From contig NW_024704743.1 in the NCBI RefSeq assembly GCF_018977255.1, positions 25,298,001 through 25,362,000 on the forward strand: a DNA stretch of 64,000 bases. The letters run 5' to 3'. The position numbers and the translations under genes are program-made. The notes below the pieces were generated by a model that made no database searches, was not told where the DNA came from, and saw nothing but the letters and a program-made list of their open reading frames with translations. The stretch is from Callorhinchus milii (lineage: Eukaryota). Below, piece by piece: positions 38,365-51,030 of this stretch (the stretch's first letter is position 1; each line of letters begins with the position of its first letter).

Positions 38365-38855
38365 CAAACTACAGCTGATGCAGAACTCTGCTACTCGTAT
38401 TCTCGCCCACACTAAACTCCTACCCCCATCACACCAGTCTTTGCCAGACTCCACAGGCTTCGTATCACAGAATGGATCGATTTCAAGATCGTGTCACTCA
38501 TCTGCAAATCTCTTCACGTCCTGGCACCACTCTACCTTTTTGATCTGCTTTCTCCCCAATCCACTACCCTATGCCTCCGATCATCAGGCTCTGGCCACCT
38601 GCTTGTCCCTCATCCACTCTGCTCTACCATCAACACCCGCTCTTTCAGCCTCGAAGCTTTGGGACTCTCTTCCCAGTCTCTCTGCCTTGACCCCTACTTC
38701 CCCTCTTTCAGATCATAGCTGAAGACCATCCTCTTCGACTGTGCTTAATGTCACCTCCTCCCTCCCCCCGGCTCGGAATCAGGTTCCGCCACTGTTAAGC
38801 TCTCGAGACGCTCCCCTGCATGAAGGGCACTGTATAAATGCAAGCTGTTGTTTGT
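38365..38855 (+). mobile_element. L2 LINE 3' end
   Basis: LQLMQNSATRIL...KSLHVLAPLYL...LRSS. Confidence 0.85.
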
Positions 38856-39499
38856 GTTATCACTGCAGAAGTGAGAGAGGCAGTGTATGTGTTATTACTG
38901 CAGCAGTGAGGGGGACTCTGGTTTGGCCAAGAGTGAAGAAATCCTTCCTCCGGGAGAGATTGTGATCGCTTAGTGTGTGTCGATCATTTGTGGATCTTTC
39001 TCCTTCAGTAGCAGCATCTTGCCCTCCTATCAATGTATTGTGTTCACCACTGTTATGTTGTATTCCCATACCAGCGCCTGACCAGGTCTTGCTTTTTTCA
39101 CAGAAACTGCTCCTGCTGTTTGTTTTCTCTTGTTTTCTATTTTTATCCTCTTTGCATTCCTCAGGTTTCCTTAAACACTGATTTCACATCCCCTTATCAC
39201 AGACCCTTGCTCATCCTGCCTCTAAGAGCCATCACAATAACATTCTCCTGTCTCAAGGCTGAACACCACACATTTTGCAGAACAATTCCTGCAAAGTCTC
39301 TCTTTCTCTCCCTATCAGTTTGTTCTCACAGAAAATCAGCCTGTTCAAGGCCACCAGCCACTTGGAGCAAGCAGGGAGAAGGTTGCAGCTGTACTTTCTT
39401 TTTGTCAGGTACATTAAGTGTGAGCGCAAAGTGCACCTAGCAAAAATACCATCTTACACGGGTCAACTGGAAAAGGGAGTTAAAATTACAAAACATTTT

Positions 39500-42305
39500 A
39501 GGAACATGGGATCATAGGAACAGAAGTAGGCCTTTCAGCCCCTCCAGCCTGTTCCGCCATTCAAACAAGGACAGGAATGAGTGCTGAATATTCCTGGGTA
39601 CAATGTATTCAGGAGGAATAGGGAAGAAAAAAAGGAGGTGGGGGGTGGCAATATTGATTAAAGACACAGTTACGGCCCTGGAAAGGGACAATGTGGTAGA
39701 GGGTCCAAAAACAGAATCTATTTAGTTAGACTTAAGGACCAGAAAAGGAGCTGCTATTCTGTTAGGAGTATATTATAGAGCACCAAATAGTGGGAAGGAG
39801 TTAGACGAGCAAATCTGCAAGCAGATTTCAGAAAGATGCAAAACCAATAGAGTAGTGATAATGGGGGACTTCAATTATCCTAACATAGACTGGCAAAATA
39901 ACAATGTAAAGGACAAGGAGGGGGAGAATTCTTGAAAGGTGTGCCAGATAACTTTCTAGATCAGTATGTTTTCAGCCCAACAAGGAAGGAAGCATTGCTG
40001 GATCTAGTTCTGGGGAATAAAGTGGGGCAAGTAGAGCAGGTTTCAGTAGGAGAGCATTTAGACAACAGTGAACACAACATCATTAGGTTTATAGTACTTA
40101 TGGAAAAGGACAAAGGTAAAGATACTCAACTGGAAGAGGGCTAATTTCAATGAGTTAGAAAGGGACCGAGCCAAGGTGGACTGGAAAGAAAGATTGGCAG
40201 GTAAAACGTCTAACAAGCAATGGGAAGCCTTCAAGGAGGAGATAGTTTGGGGACAGAATAACTACATTCTCACACAGGGGATGGGTAGGGCATCCAAACC
40301 TCCCAGAATGAATAAGAAAATTGGGATTAAAATAAAACAGAAAAAGCACATTTATGATAAATGTCAGGTCCAAAATACAGAAGATAATCAAATAGAATGT
40401 AGAAGTACAGAGGAAAACTGAAAAAGGAAATAAGAGGGGCAAAGAGATTGTATGAGAAAAGATTAGCGTGTAACATAAAAGGGAACCCTAAAGTATTTTA
40501 TAAGCATATAAAGAATAAAAGGCTAGTCAAAGGTAGGGTGGGTCCAATTAGGGACCGAAGAGGAAACCTTCTTGTGGAGGCAGAGGGCTGACGGACTGAA
40601 TGAGTACTTTGCATCTATCTTCACAAAAGAAGAGGATGCAGCCAATGCCACAGAACTGGAGGAGAGGATAGAGAAATTGGATAAGATAAGAATAAACCGA
40701 GAGGAGGTACTGAAAAGGTTTTTAGTGTTTAGGGCAGGTAAGTCACCTGGTCCGGATGGGATGCATCCTAGGTTACTGAGGGATGTAAAGGGTGGAAATA
40801 ATGGAGGCTCTTGCCACAATCTTTCAATCCTTCTTGGACACCAGGGTGATGCCAGAGGACTGGAGGGTTGCAAATGTTACTTCCCTATGCAAAATAGGGG
40901 CAGAAGGATAAACTCGGGATCTACAGGCCAGTCAGCCTAACGTCAGTATTGGGGAAACTTCTAGAGCCTTTAATCTGGGACAAAATAAATTTTCACTTAG
41001 AAAATATGTGTTAATAAAGGACAGCCAACACGGATTTGGTAAATCATGTCTAACAAGCATGATAGAGTTTTTTGATGAAGTAATGGAGAGGGTGGATGAA
41101 AGTAGTGCAGTTGATGTAGTTTATATGGATTTTCAAAAGGCTTTTGATAAAGTGCCACATAAGAGACTTGTAAGTAAAATAGAAGCCCACGGTATTAAAT
41201 GGATAGTGGCAGCATGGATACCGAACTGCCTGGGAGACAGAAAGCAGAGTGTTGTGGTGGACAGTTGTTTTTCTGACTGGAGGGAAGTGTGCAGTTTCCC
41301 ACGGATCAGTAATGGAACCACTGCTGTTTTGATCTATATAAATGACCTGGACTTGGGTATAGGGAGTACAATTTCCAAGTTTGCAGATGATACTAAGCAG
41401 GAAAAGTAGTAAACAGTGAGGAGGATAGTAGCAGACTGCAAATGGAAGTAGACAGACTGGTAAAATGGGCAGACACATGGCAGATTAAGTTTAATGTGGA
41501 GAAGTGCAAGCGATGCATTTTGGGAGGAAGAATGAGGAGAGACAACATAAGCTGATGGTACAATCTTAAAGAGGGTGAAGGAATAGAGAGACCTGGGGGG
41601 TCATATAAGTAAATCTTAATCTTAATAAAGGACAGCCAACAGGACAGGTAGATAAAACTATTAAAAAATAAAATGGGATACCAGGCTTTATAAATAGGGG
41701 CATAGAATACAAAAGTCAGGAAGTTATGATGAACCTTTATAAAACACTGGTTAGGTCTCAGCTAGAGTACTATATTCAGTTCTGGGCACCACACTTTAGG
41801 AAGGATGTTAAGGCATTGGAGAGAGTGCAAAGCAGACTTGCCAGGATGGTAACAGGAATGAGGGACTCCAGTTATCCAGAGAGGCTGGAGAAGCTCAGAT
41901 TATTCTCCTTGGAGCAGAGAAGGTTAAGAGGAGACTTAATAGAAGTTTTCAAAATTATGAGGGGATTCGATGTGGTGAACAAGGAGAAACTATTTCCACT
42001 GGTGTGTGGGTCGGTAACCCGCAGACACCGATTTAAAATAGTTGTTAAAAGAAACAGAGGAGAGGTGAGGAGAAATTGTTCACACAGCGAGTTGTTCGAA
42101 TCTGGAATACATTGCCTGAAACTGGTGGAAGCTGAATTCGATAACAACTTTTAAGCGAGAAGCAGATAATTATTGGGGGAGAACAAGTTTGCAGGGCTAT
42201 GGGGAGAGAGCGGCAGAGTGGGATTGAATTGGATGGCTCTTTTCAAAGAGCCAGCACAGACACGATGGGCCGGATGGCCTCCTTCCGTGCTGTATAATTC
42301 TATAA
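39500..42305 (+). mobile_element. CR1 LINE ORF2 (EN and RT), degenerate with stops and frameshifts
   Basis: GDFNYPNIDW, PTRKEALLDLVL, KSPGPDGMHPRLL, YMDFQKAFDKVPH, SKFADDTK, LYKTLVRSQLEY, CR1-type tail. Confidence 0.95.
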
Positions 42306-43129
42306 AGTGCTATATAAAATGCAAGGATTACTATTATTATCTGTATCTGTTGTGTCTGAATCGTTCAAAGTGAAACAACCGTAAAACAGCCAATTGGAAT
42401 ATTTCTATGGTTTATTTTGCGATCTAATGCAGGACATTTGTGGGTTATTACATACTTGAGTGAAACTGTACATTTGATATGAAGACATCCAGAGTATAGA
42501 ATTTCAGATTGTTACAGTCACAAGTTCAACTCATAGAAAATGTAACTACGATTCTCTATTAGAGATCCGCTAGCAAAAAACAAAATCCCCTTTGCATGCT
42601 CACTTCTGTTAAAACAAAAGCAGCACGTGTTGAGAAGCTGCATGCGTGCAACTGTTAAGAAGTGGAAAAAACATTACAGGAACAGCTCATAAATGTACAA
42701 TGCCCAGGTGAAACCTCTTTTTTATATATACCAGGAAGCAAAACATACAGTCAATTCACTTTACAGTACATTCTGTCTAAGCGCTTTGAGACGTCTCGAA
42801 GACATGATAAGCGCTATATCAAATGCAAGGATTATTATTGTTATACTGAGGGCTACATCATTCAACCCGTGAGATATGATTTTTTGTGGAACTATTTCTG
42901 TTATATGAGCACCCCAGAATGTGTTGGATGTTTAAATGCTAACAATTTTAAGTTTCCCTTACATCTGCATGCAAAAGGAAAATCCCACCCTAAACATCAA
43001 ATGTTACCTTAACAACCATACTGAGACTAAAAGCAGGAAAGACGAGTGACCTAAGACTGAGAGCAGGAAACTTTGCTACTCAACTGAAATGGTTCTTGCG
43101 CTCATGTGCTGATAATAATAAATAATAAT

Positions 43130-43540
43130 TATTAATCTTGCCTTTGGTATAGCGCCTTATTACATTGGAAGGACGTCTCAAAGTGCTTCACAGGAATAAC
43201 TGTGAATGGAGTGACTGTGGGCAAATGTGGCAGCAAAGATATCCCACAAATAGCTGTGAAACAAATGACCAATTTTATTTGGGGCATTGTTGGCCAGGAC
43301 ACTGGGAGAAACTTCATTCCCTTTTCAAACAGTACCATGTCCATTAATGTCCACCTGAACAGGCAGACGACTTTGGTGTAACGTCTGATCCGAGGAACGG
43401 CACCTCTGTTACTTCGACATCCCCCAGTACTGCATTGTAATGTCATCTTTGACTATGTGAGTTCAAGTTCCCCTGTGGGACTCAAACTCACAACTTTTTA
43501 ATTCAGAGGCGAGAGTGGACACCGAGCCAAGCTGATAACA
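43130..43540 (-). mobile_element. Older Deu-domain-like SINE, near full length
   Basis: Reverse-complement head, GTCCACCTGAACAGGCAGACG core and L2-type tail. Confidence 0.75.
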
Positions 43541-43944
43541 TAGAAAGGACAGAACCAATGAGTGAGTACTGTTTTTGCTATTTGAGTCAAATTCATGTTT
43601 TCTAGAACCATATTTTTAACCTTCAAAGTACTGTACAGTACCTCTGACAATGAAGTGCTCCTCCAACCTTAATCTAAAAATGATTGAATATATACTCATT
43701 TCTATTTTCCTATTTTAAGATCTAAAATTAATGCACTTATAAGTGTCATACCTATGGCAAAACAAAATATTGATGATCATAACAAAATTAATAGGTGCCA
43801 GCTTTGAGCTCACAGTCCAGTCGATTGCAGGGGGGTGGGAGGGTTACTACATTTTCCTTTGATGAGACATTAAACTGAGGTCCTGTCTGTCTCGGTGGAT
43901 GTTAACCATCATGTGATATCTGTTTCCCATACCCTGGATGTGGA

Positions 43945-44078
43945 GTCCTATAGCGTATTGGTTAGAGCACTCATCTCGCAAGCGAGATGTCCTGAGTTCA
44001 ATTCCCGGTGAAACTTTGGGCAAGTTTCCTTATGCTTCTGTTTACGTAGCAGTAAATAAGAATTGGTGGATTGCTTGA

Positions 44079-44109
<31 letters not shown>

Positions 44110-44310
44110 ACTAAGTATTGGTGGATTGCTTTTCCGGGGATAATAATCCGTTAAAAAAAATGGGGTCACCCAATCCATGGTTGTTTGTGGGACACTGCTG
44201 TGCTCAATTGGCTGCTGCGTTTCGCCCACAAAATATTCAGTCAATTGACCCTACGATATACTCTGTGAAGCGTTTTGAGATGTCTCAATGACGTGATAAG
44301 GCGCTATCAC
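43945..44310 (+). mobile_element. tRNA-headed SINE with internal (CTGG)n expansion
   Basis: Family head and tail. Confidence 0.85.
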
Positions 44311-46213
44311 TTCATGATTGTCTTTGGGTCATTGCTTTGCGCAAAATTGACTGCTGCGATTCCATCGCAGAGGGGTCCTGGATATTCTTGGTGCCTAGGG
44401 CCCCAAGAATTCTTAATCCAGCTCTTTTTNCACCTCACATATCTGTTTGCATAGCTTGGTTTGCACCCTGTATGACAAATAGCAAATTTTAGATCTTAAA
44501 TTAGGAGTCTTAAAATGTTACTTGGTCGTATTCCATACAATTATTTGCATTTTGCCCACAAAACATAATTTTTCCAAACAAATGAACTGAATAAATCACA
44601 AATTGAATTTGATGCAACATTATCTGTATATATCCCGAATAGTGGGTGTACAAGTAATGTTGTGACAAGCTAGATAGTGCCTCTGGTTGAGAGATCAAGA
44701 AACAAGCAACTTAATTTTAAAATTAGAACAAAACCAGTTCAATTCACTTTGCAGTATATTCTGTGAAGTGCCTTGAGATATCTAGAAGATGCGATAAGGC
44801 GCTATATCAAATGCAAGGATTATTATTAATTAATACTTCCCAAATATGCATATATAATCTAGGTATGTACGTATGCATTTTGTGCCTCTCCTGATTGATT
44901 CTGCCTCTACAGCTTTCTGGGCCAACGCATTCTTCATTTTCACAAGCCTCTGTGTGACAAAATGTTTTCTGGTCTCACTTCAAACTGGTTTTGTTCTAAT
45001 TTTAAAATGATGTCTGCGTGTTTCTTGACATAATCCTAATTAGAACAAAATTGTCCTAATTGTAATTTGCATCAAATTCAATTTGCGTTTTATTCAGTTC
45101 ATTCGTTTGGAAAAATGAAGCAATGTAGCAATTATTGTTTTTCTGATTAGAGTTTAATTGTAAACCCAACTTTTTATTGCAGTAAGAAGCAATATATAAC
45201 ACATGTTTATGGTACATTGCTGGGCGTAATTCGCTGCTGCATTTTTAGTTGGTGGTGCAAAATACTGTGAATCATGAACCCTTCGATAAGGTGTTAAACC
45301 AAATCTGCTTGTTCAGGTGGATGTTAAAGATCCCGTGGCACTATTCGAAAAGAGAAAGAAGTTTCTCCTGGCACTGAACCTACTTGAAGGGCTCTACAAA
45401 AATGCAAGTTAACCTCACAACTGGCTTCAGGAAGTTGATGCGAAACTGTATTTAAGCCAGTGACCACCAGAGTGTAGTGTCTTCTCGTCCCTTGCTTTGC
45501 AAGTCTCTGTTGCCCAACCAGGAATCACATCAGGAGTAGACTCTAAAAAGCAATGTGCCACATTTCTTCATCAGTTACCCCTTCAGTGCCTTTAACAAAG
45601 AAATACTTTTTTTTTGAGAGAGGAGGTTTGTTTTCTGACATCTTATTTTCAAAACGTGCCACTTTAATTCTTGTCCAGCTGGAGCACTTTGCCTTTTTTT
45701 TTAAAAAAACTTTCTTTACAAAAGCTGATCGATCTCAGTTAAAAACAAGTTATGTTCCCCCACCACCACCCCCAAATAACTTGATTCATCGATTTTTTTT
45801 TTGCAAAAAAAAAGTCCCTCGTTCATTTAAAAGAAAGTTTTTTTTTAAAAAAAAGTGCAAAATAACTGCAAACATTTAGGGAGATTTTTTTAAAAATAAA
45901 GCAATGATTTATTCTTCCAATCTGACCTCGTGTGTATATCTGAATTTTGTTTATTAAAGGCACATTAATAACAGAGGGATGTTGGGAACACAGATTCCCC
46001 CTCCACCACTCCCCACCAGCCAAAAAAAAATGATGTGTGTCTGACGTATATCAGTTGATGGTATATTTTCATACCCTTTACCATTTTTTAAGAGATCATC
46101 GATATTCATAGGCTGTGTGAGATGCGACTGATTATATTGCTGATGATTTCCATTGTAACGATCACCGGCAGAGAGAGCGATGGCTTGGATTTCATGCAAT
46201 GAATGCATTAAAT

Positions 46214-46423
46214 CACGCAGTAACCTTGTTGTGGTGCTGGAAAGCGTGTGTCTACGCCGAGTGCATTTGATCAAACAATTGCTTGTTAACTGTGCAGGAA
46301 AAAAACACACACCTCGCACACCTCCGCATGTTATTTGAGTCGCTCGCTTAAGAAAATCATTTGAAGTATGCGGTGCTGGCGTGTGTCCAAGCCAAGCCAG
46401 AAGGCACTGAGCCGGCCGGCGTG
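46214..46423. promoter_or_regulatory. Cluster of four XRE/DRE cores (GCGTG/CACGC) in CpG-rich unique sequence
   Basis: CACGC at 46214; GCGTG at 46244, 46379 and 46419; upstream of the AHRR-like exon. Confidence 0.5.
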
Positions 46424-46574
46424 CGCGCAAAACAAAACGCAGTAACACTGGAAATAAAAGTTTGCAATCAATTTTGAGAGGACAGAACAGATCAGCAAGA
46501 GATGGAGCGCTCCATGTTGCCCCAATGATTTCAGTGTTTTGGTTTGTGTCACCTCTGTGCCCTGCTATCGCTCT

Positions 46575-47006
46575 GTGTGTGAGTGTGTGTGTGTGTGTGT
46601 GAGTTTGTGTGTGTGTGTATGTGTGTGTTTGTGTGTGTGTGAGTTTGTGTGTGGGTATGTGTGTGTTTGTGTGTGTGTGTGAGAGTTTGTGTGTGTGTAT
46701 GTGTGTGTTTGTGTGTGTGTGTGTGTGTGTTTGTGTGTGGGTATGTGTGTGTTTGTGTGTGTGTGAGAGTTTGTGTGTGTGTATGTGTGTGTTTGTGTGT
46801 GTGTGTGTGTGTCTGAGAGTTTGTGTGTGTGTATGTGTGTGTTTGTGTGTGTGAGTTTGTGTGTGAGTATGTGTGTGTTTGTGTGTGTGAGAGTTTGTGT
46901 GTGTGTATGTGTGTGTTTCTGTGTGTGTGTGTGTGTGAGTTTGTGTGTGTGTATGTGTGTGTTTGTGTGTGTGTGTGTGTGTCTGAGAGTTTGTGTGTGT
47001 GTATGT

Positions 47007-47041
<35 letters not shown>

Positions 47042-48000
47042 AGTTTGTGTGTGGGTATGTGTGTGTTTGTGTGTGTGTGTGTGTCTGAGTTTGTGTGTGT
47101 GTGTGTGAGCTGCTGAGTGTGTGAGTGTGTGTGTGTGTGAGCTGCTGATGAGTGTGTGTGTGTGAGTGTGTGTGAGCTGCTGATGAGTGTGTGTGTGTGA
47201 GCTGCTGATGAGTGTGTGTGAGTGAGCTGCTGATGAGTGTGTGTGTGTGTGAGCTGCTGATGTGTGTGTGCGTGTGTGAGAGCTGCTGATGAGTGTGTGT
47301 GTGTGAGTGTGTGTGAGCTGCTGATGAGTGTGTGTGAGTGAGCTGCTGATGAGTGTGTGCGTGTGAGAGCTGCTGATGAGTGTGTGTGTGAGTGTGTGAG
47401 AGCTGATGAGTGTGTGTGAGTGTGTGTGTGAGAGCTGCTGATGAGTGTGTGTGTGTGAGAGAGAGCTGATGAGTGTGTGTTAGTGTGTGTGAGCTGCTGA
47501 TGAGTGTGTGTCTGATAGTGTGTGTGTGAGTGTGTGTGTGAGAGCTGCTGATGAGTGTGTGTGAGTGTGTGTGAGCTGCTGAGTGTGTGTGTGAGAGAGA
47601 GCTGCTGATGAGTGTGTGAGTGAGTGTGTGTGAGAGAGCTACTGATGAGGTGTGTGTGTGCCAGAGCTGATGAGTGTGTGAGAGTGTGTGTGTGTGAGAG
47701 CTGCTGAGTGTGTGTGTGAGAGCTGATGAGTGTGTGTGAGAGAGCTGATGAATGTGTGTGAGTGTGTGTGTGTGAGAGCTGACAAGTGTGTGTGTGTGTG
47801 TGAGAGAGAGCTGATGAGTGTGTGAGTGTGTGTGTGAGAGCTGATGAGTGTGTGAGTGTGTGTGTGTGAGAGCTGATGAGTGTGTGAGTGTGTGTGAGAG
47901 CTGATGAGTGTGAATGTGTGTGTGTGTGTGTGTGAGAGTGTGTGTGTGAGAGCTGATGAGTGTGAATGTGTGAGTGTGTGTGTGTGAGTGAGTGTGAGAG
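46575..48000. repeat. Degenerate (TG)n array grading into GAGCTGCTGATGA(GT)n units
   Basis: Directly visible. Confidence 0.97.
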
Positions 48001-48196
48001 CTCTGTGTCGGGGCAGTGCTGTGGCTCTGTGTCGGGGCAGTGCTGTGGCTCTGTGTCGGGGCAGTGCTGTGGCTCTGTGTCGGGGCAGTGCTGTGGCTCT
48101 GTGTCGGGGCAGTGCTGTGGCTCTGTGTCGGGCAGTGCTGTGGCTCTGTGTCGGGGCAGTGCTGTGGCTCTGTGTCGGGGCAGTGCTGTGGCTCTG
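48000..48196. repeat. 24-bp minisatellite CTCTGTGTCGGGGCAGTGCTGTGG, about 8 copies
   Basis: Directly visible. Confidence 0.97.
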
Positions 48197-48409
48197 GTGA
48201 CACTGAGAGGGATCGGGTACCTGAGCCATAAGGCAGTGAGACTGAGTCAGTGGATGTGCAGAGGAGCGGAGCGCCGCCTCCAGGACACACACACAATAAC
48301 ACCACAGCGCCGTCTTCGGGTCAAACACCACACACTTCGGCAAATTGTTGTCCTTTTTTTTGTTCCCCCAAAAAATTACTGGCAACAGCAGGTGACCTGC
48401 GTGACACCA

Positions 48410-49193
48410 CCTCCCCTCCCCTCCCCCTGCCCCCCTGCCCCCCTGCCCTCCCTGCCCTGCTCTCCCTGCCCTCCCCCTGCCCTCCCCTCCTGCCCTGCCC
48501 TGCTCTCCCTGCCCTCCCCCTGCCCTCCCTGCCCTCCCTGCCCTGCTCTCCCTGCCCTGCCCTCCCTGCCCTGCTCTCCCTGCCCTGCCCTCCCTGCCCC
48601 CCTGCCCTCCCCCTGCCTTCCCTGCCCTCCCTGCCCTCCCTTGCCCTCCCTGCCCTGCCCTCCCCCTGCCCCCCTCCCCTGCCCTCCCTGCCCTCCCTGC
48701 CCTGCCCTCCCTGCCCTCCCCTCCCCCTGCCCTGCCCCCCCTGCCCTCCCCCTGCCCTCCTGCCCTCCCTGCCCTGCCCTCCCTGCCCTCCCCCTGCCCT
48801 CCCTTCCCTGCCCTCCCTGCCCTGCCCTCCCCTGCCCCCCTCCCCTGCCCCCTGCCCTCCCCCTGCCCTCCTTGCCCTCCCCTGCCTTCCCTGTCCTCCC
48901 CTGCCTGCCCTGCCCTCCCCCTGCCCTCCCTGCCCTCCCCCTGCCCCCTCCCCCTGCCCTCCCTGCCCTCCCCCTGCCCTCCCTGCCCTCCCTGCCCTCC
49001 CCCTGCCTTCCCTGTCCTCCCCCTGCCTGCCCTGCCCTCCCTGCCCTGCCCTCCCCTGCCTTCCCTGCCCTCCCTGCCCTGCCCTCCCCCTGCCCTCCCT
49101 GCCCTCCTTGCCCTCCCCCTGCCTTCCCTGCCCTCCCCTGCCTTCCCTGCCCTCCCCCTGCCTTCCCTGCCTTCCCTGCCCTCCCTGCCCTGC
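48410..49193. repeat. (CCCTG/CCCTC)n array; G-rich on the minus strand
   Basis: Directly visible. Confidence 0.97.
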
Positions 49194-49213
49194 ACAGCAC
49201 AGTGCCGGTCCTG

Positions 49214-50800
49214 CACCTTACACACACACCACACACCTTACACACACACACACACCTTACACACACACACCACACACCTTACACACCACACACCTTACAC
49301 ACACACACACACCTTACACACACACACCACACACCTTACACACACACACACACCTTACACACACCTTACACACACACCTTACACACACACACCTTACACA
49401 CACACACACACCTTACACACACACACACCTTACACACACACACACACACACACACCTTACACACACACCACACACCTTACACACACACACACCTGACACA
49501 CACACCACACACCTTACACACACACACCTTACACACACACCACACACCTTACACACACACACCTTACACACACACACACACCTTACACACACACACACAC
49601 CTTACACACACACACCACACACCTTACACACACACACACACCTTACACACACCTTACACACACACACACCTTACACACACACCTTACACACACACACCTT
49701 ACACACACACACACACCTTACACACACACACACACCTCACACACACACACACACACACACCTTACACACACCTTACACACACACACACCTTACACACACA
49801 CCTTACACACACACACCTTACACACACACACACACCTTACACACACACACACACCACACACCTTACACACACACACACCTGACACACACACCACACACCT
49901 TACACACACACACCTTACACACACACCACACACCTTACACACACACCACACACCTTACACACACACCACACACACACACACACCTTACACACACACACAC
50001 ACACCTTACACACACACACACCTTACACACACACCACACACCTTACACACACACACACCTTACACACACACCTTACACACACACCACACACCTTACACAC
50101 ACACACACACCTTACACACACACACACCTTACACACACACCACACACCTTACACACACACACACCTTACACACACACCTTACACACACACCACACACCTT
50201 ACACACACACACACCTTACACACACACCTTACACACACACCACACACCTTACACACACACACACCTTACACACACATCACACACCTTACACACACACACC
50301 TTACACACACACCACACACCTTACACACACACACACACCTTACACACACACCACACACCTTACACACACACACACACACATCTTACACACACACACACCT
50401 TACACACACACACCTTACACACACACACACACCTTACACACACACCTTACACACACACACACACCTTACACACACACACCACACACCTTACACACACACC
50501 TTACACACACACACACACCTTACACACACACACCTTACACACACACCACACACCTTACACACACACACACACCTTACACACACACACACACACACACCTT
50601 ACACACACACACACCTTACACACACACACACACCTTACACACACACCACACACCTTACACACACACACCTTACACACACACCACACACCTTACACACACA
50701 CACCTTACACACACACCACACACCTTACACACACACACACACCTTACACACACACACACACACCTTACACACACACCACACACCTTACACACACCTTACA
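49214..50800. repeat. CCTTA(CA)n compound microsatellite array
   Basis: Directly visible. Confidence 0.97.
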
Positions 50801-50820
50801 CCCCCCCCCCCCCTCTCCTC

Positions 50821-51030
50821 CCCCCGATAAAGGTGGTCTCGGGTCAGATCAGGTAAGTCCCACTTTACACTCAGAGCAAAAAATAATCTCATGTGTCCGG
50901 AGAGAGAGAGAGAGAGAGAGAGATGCGGAGCCGCGGCGGCGACATCGGGATGTCAGTCCCCGAGTGAAGGGCAGAAGCGCTTCGCAATCCGCAGCCCCAG
51001 TGGCGTCTGTCTGACACCACAGACTGGTCT
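50821..51030 (+). promoter_or_regulatory. CpG-rich island with consensus donor CAG|gtaagt (50852/50853): candidate non-coding exon 1 or promoter of the AHRR-like gene
   Basis: Dense CpGs; consensus donor about 1.5 kb upstream of the acceptor at 52397. Confidence 0.5.

Noticed and set aside
39500..42305. Active autonomous retrotransposon
   Set aside because: The CR1 ORF2 is broken by several stops and frameshifts.
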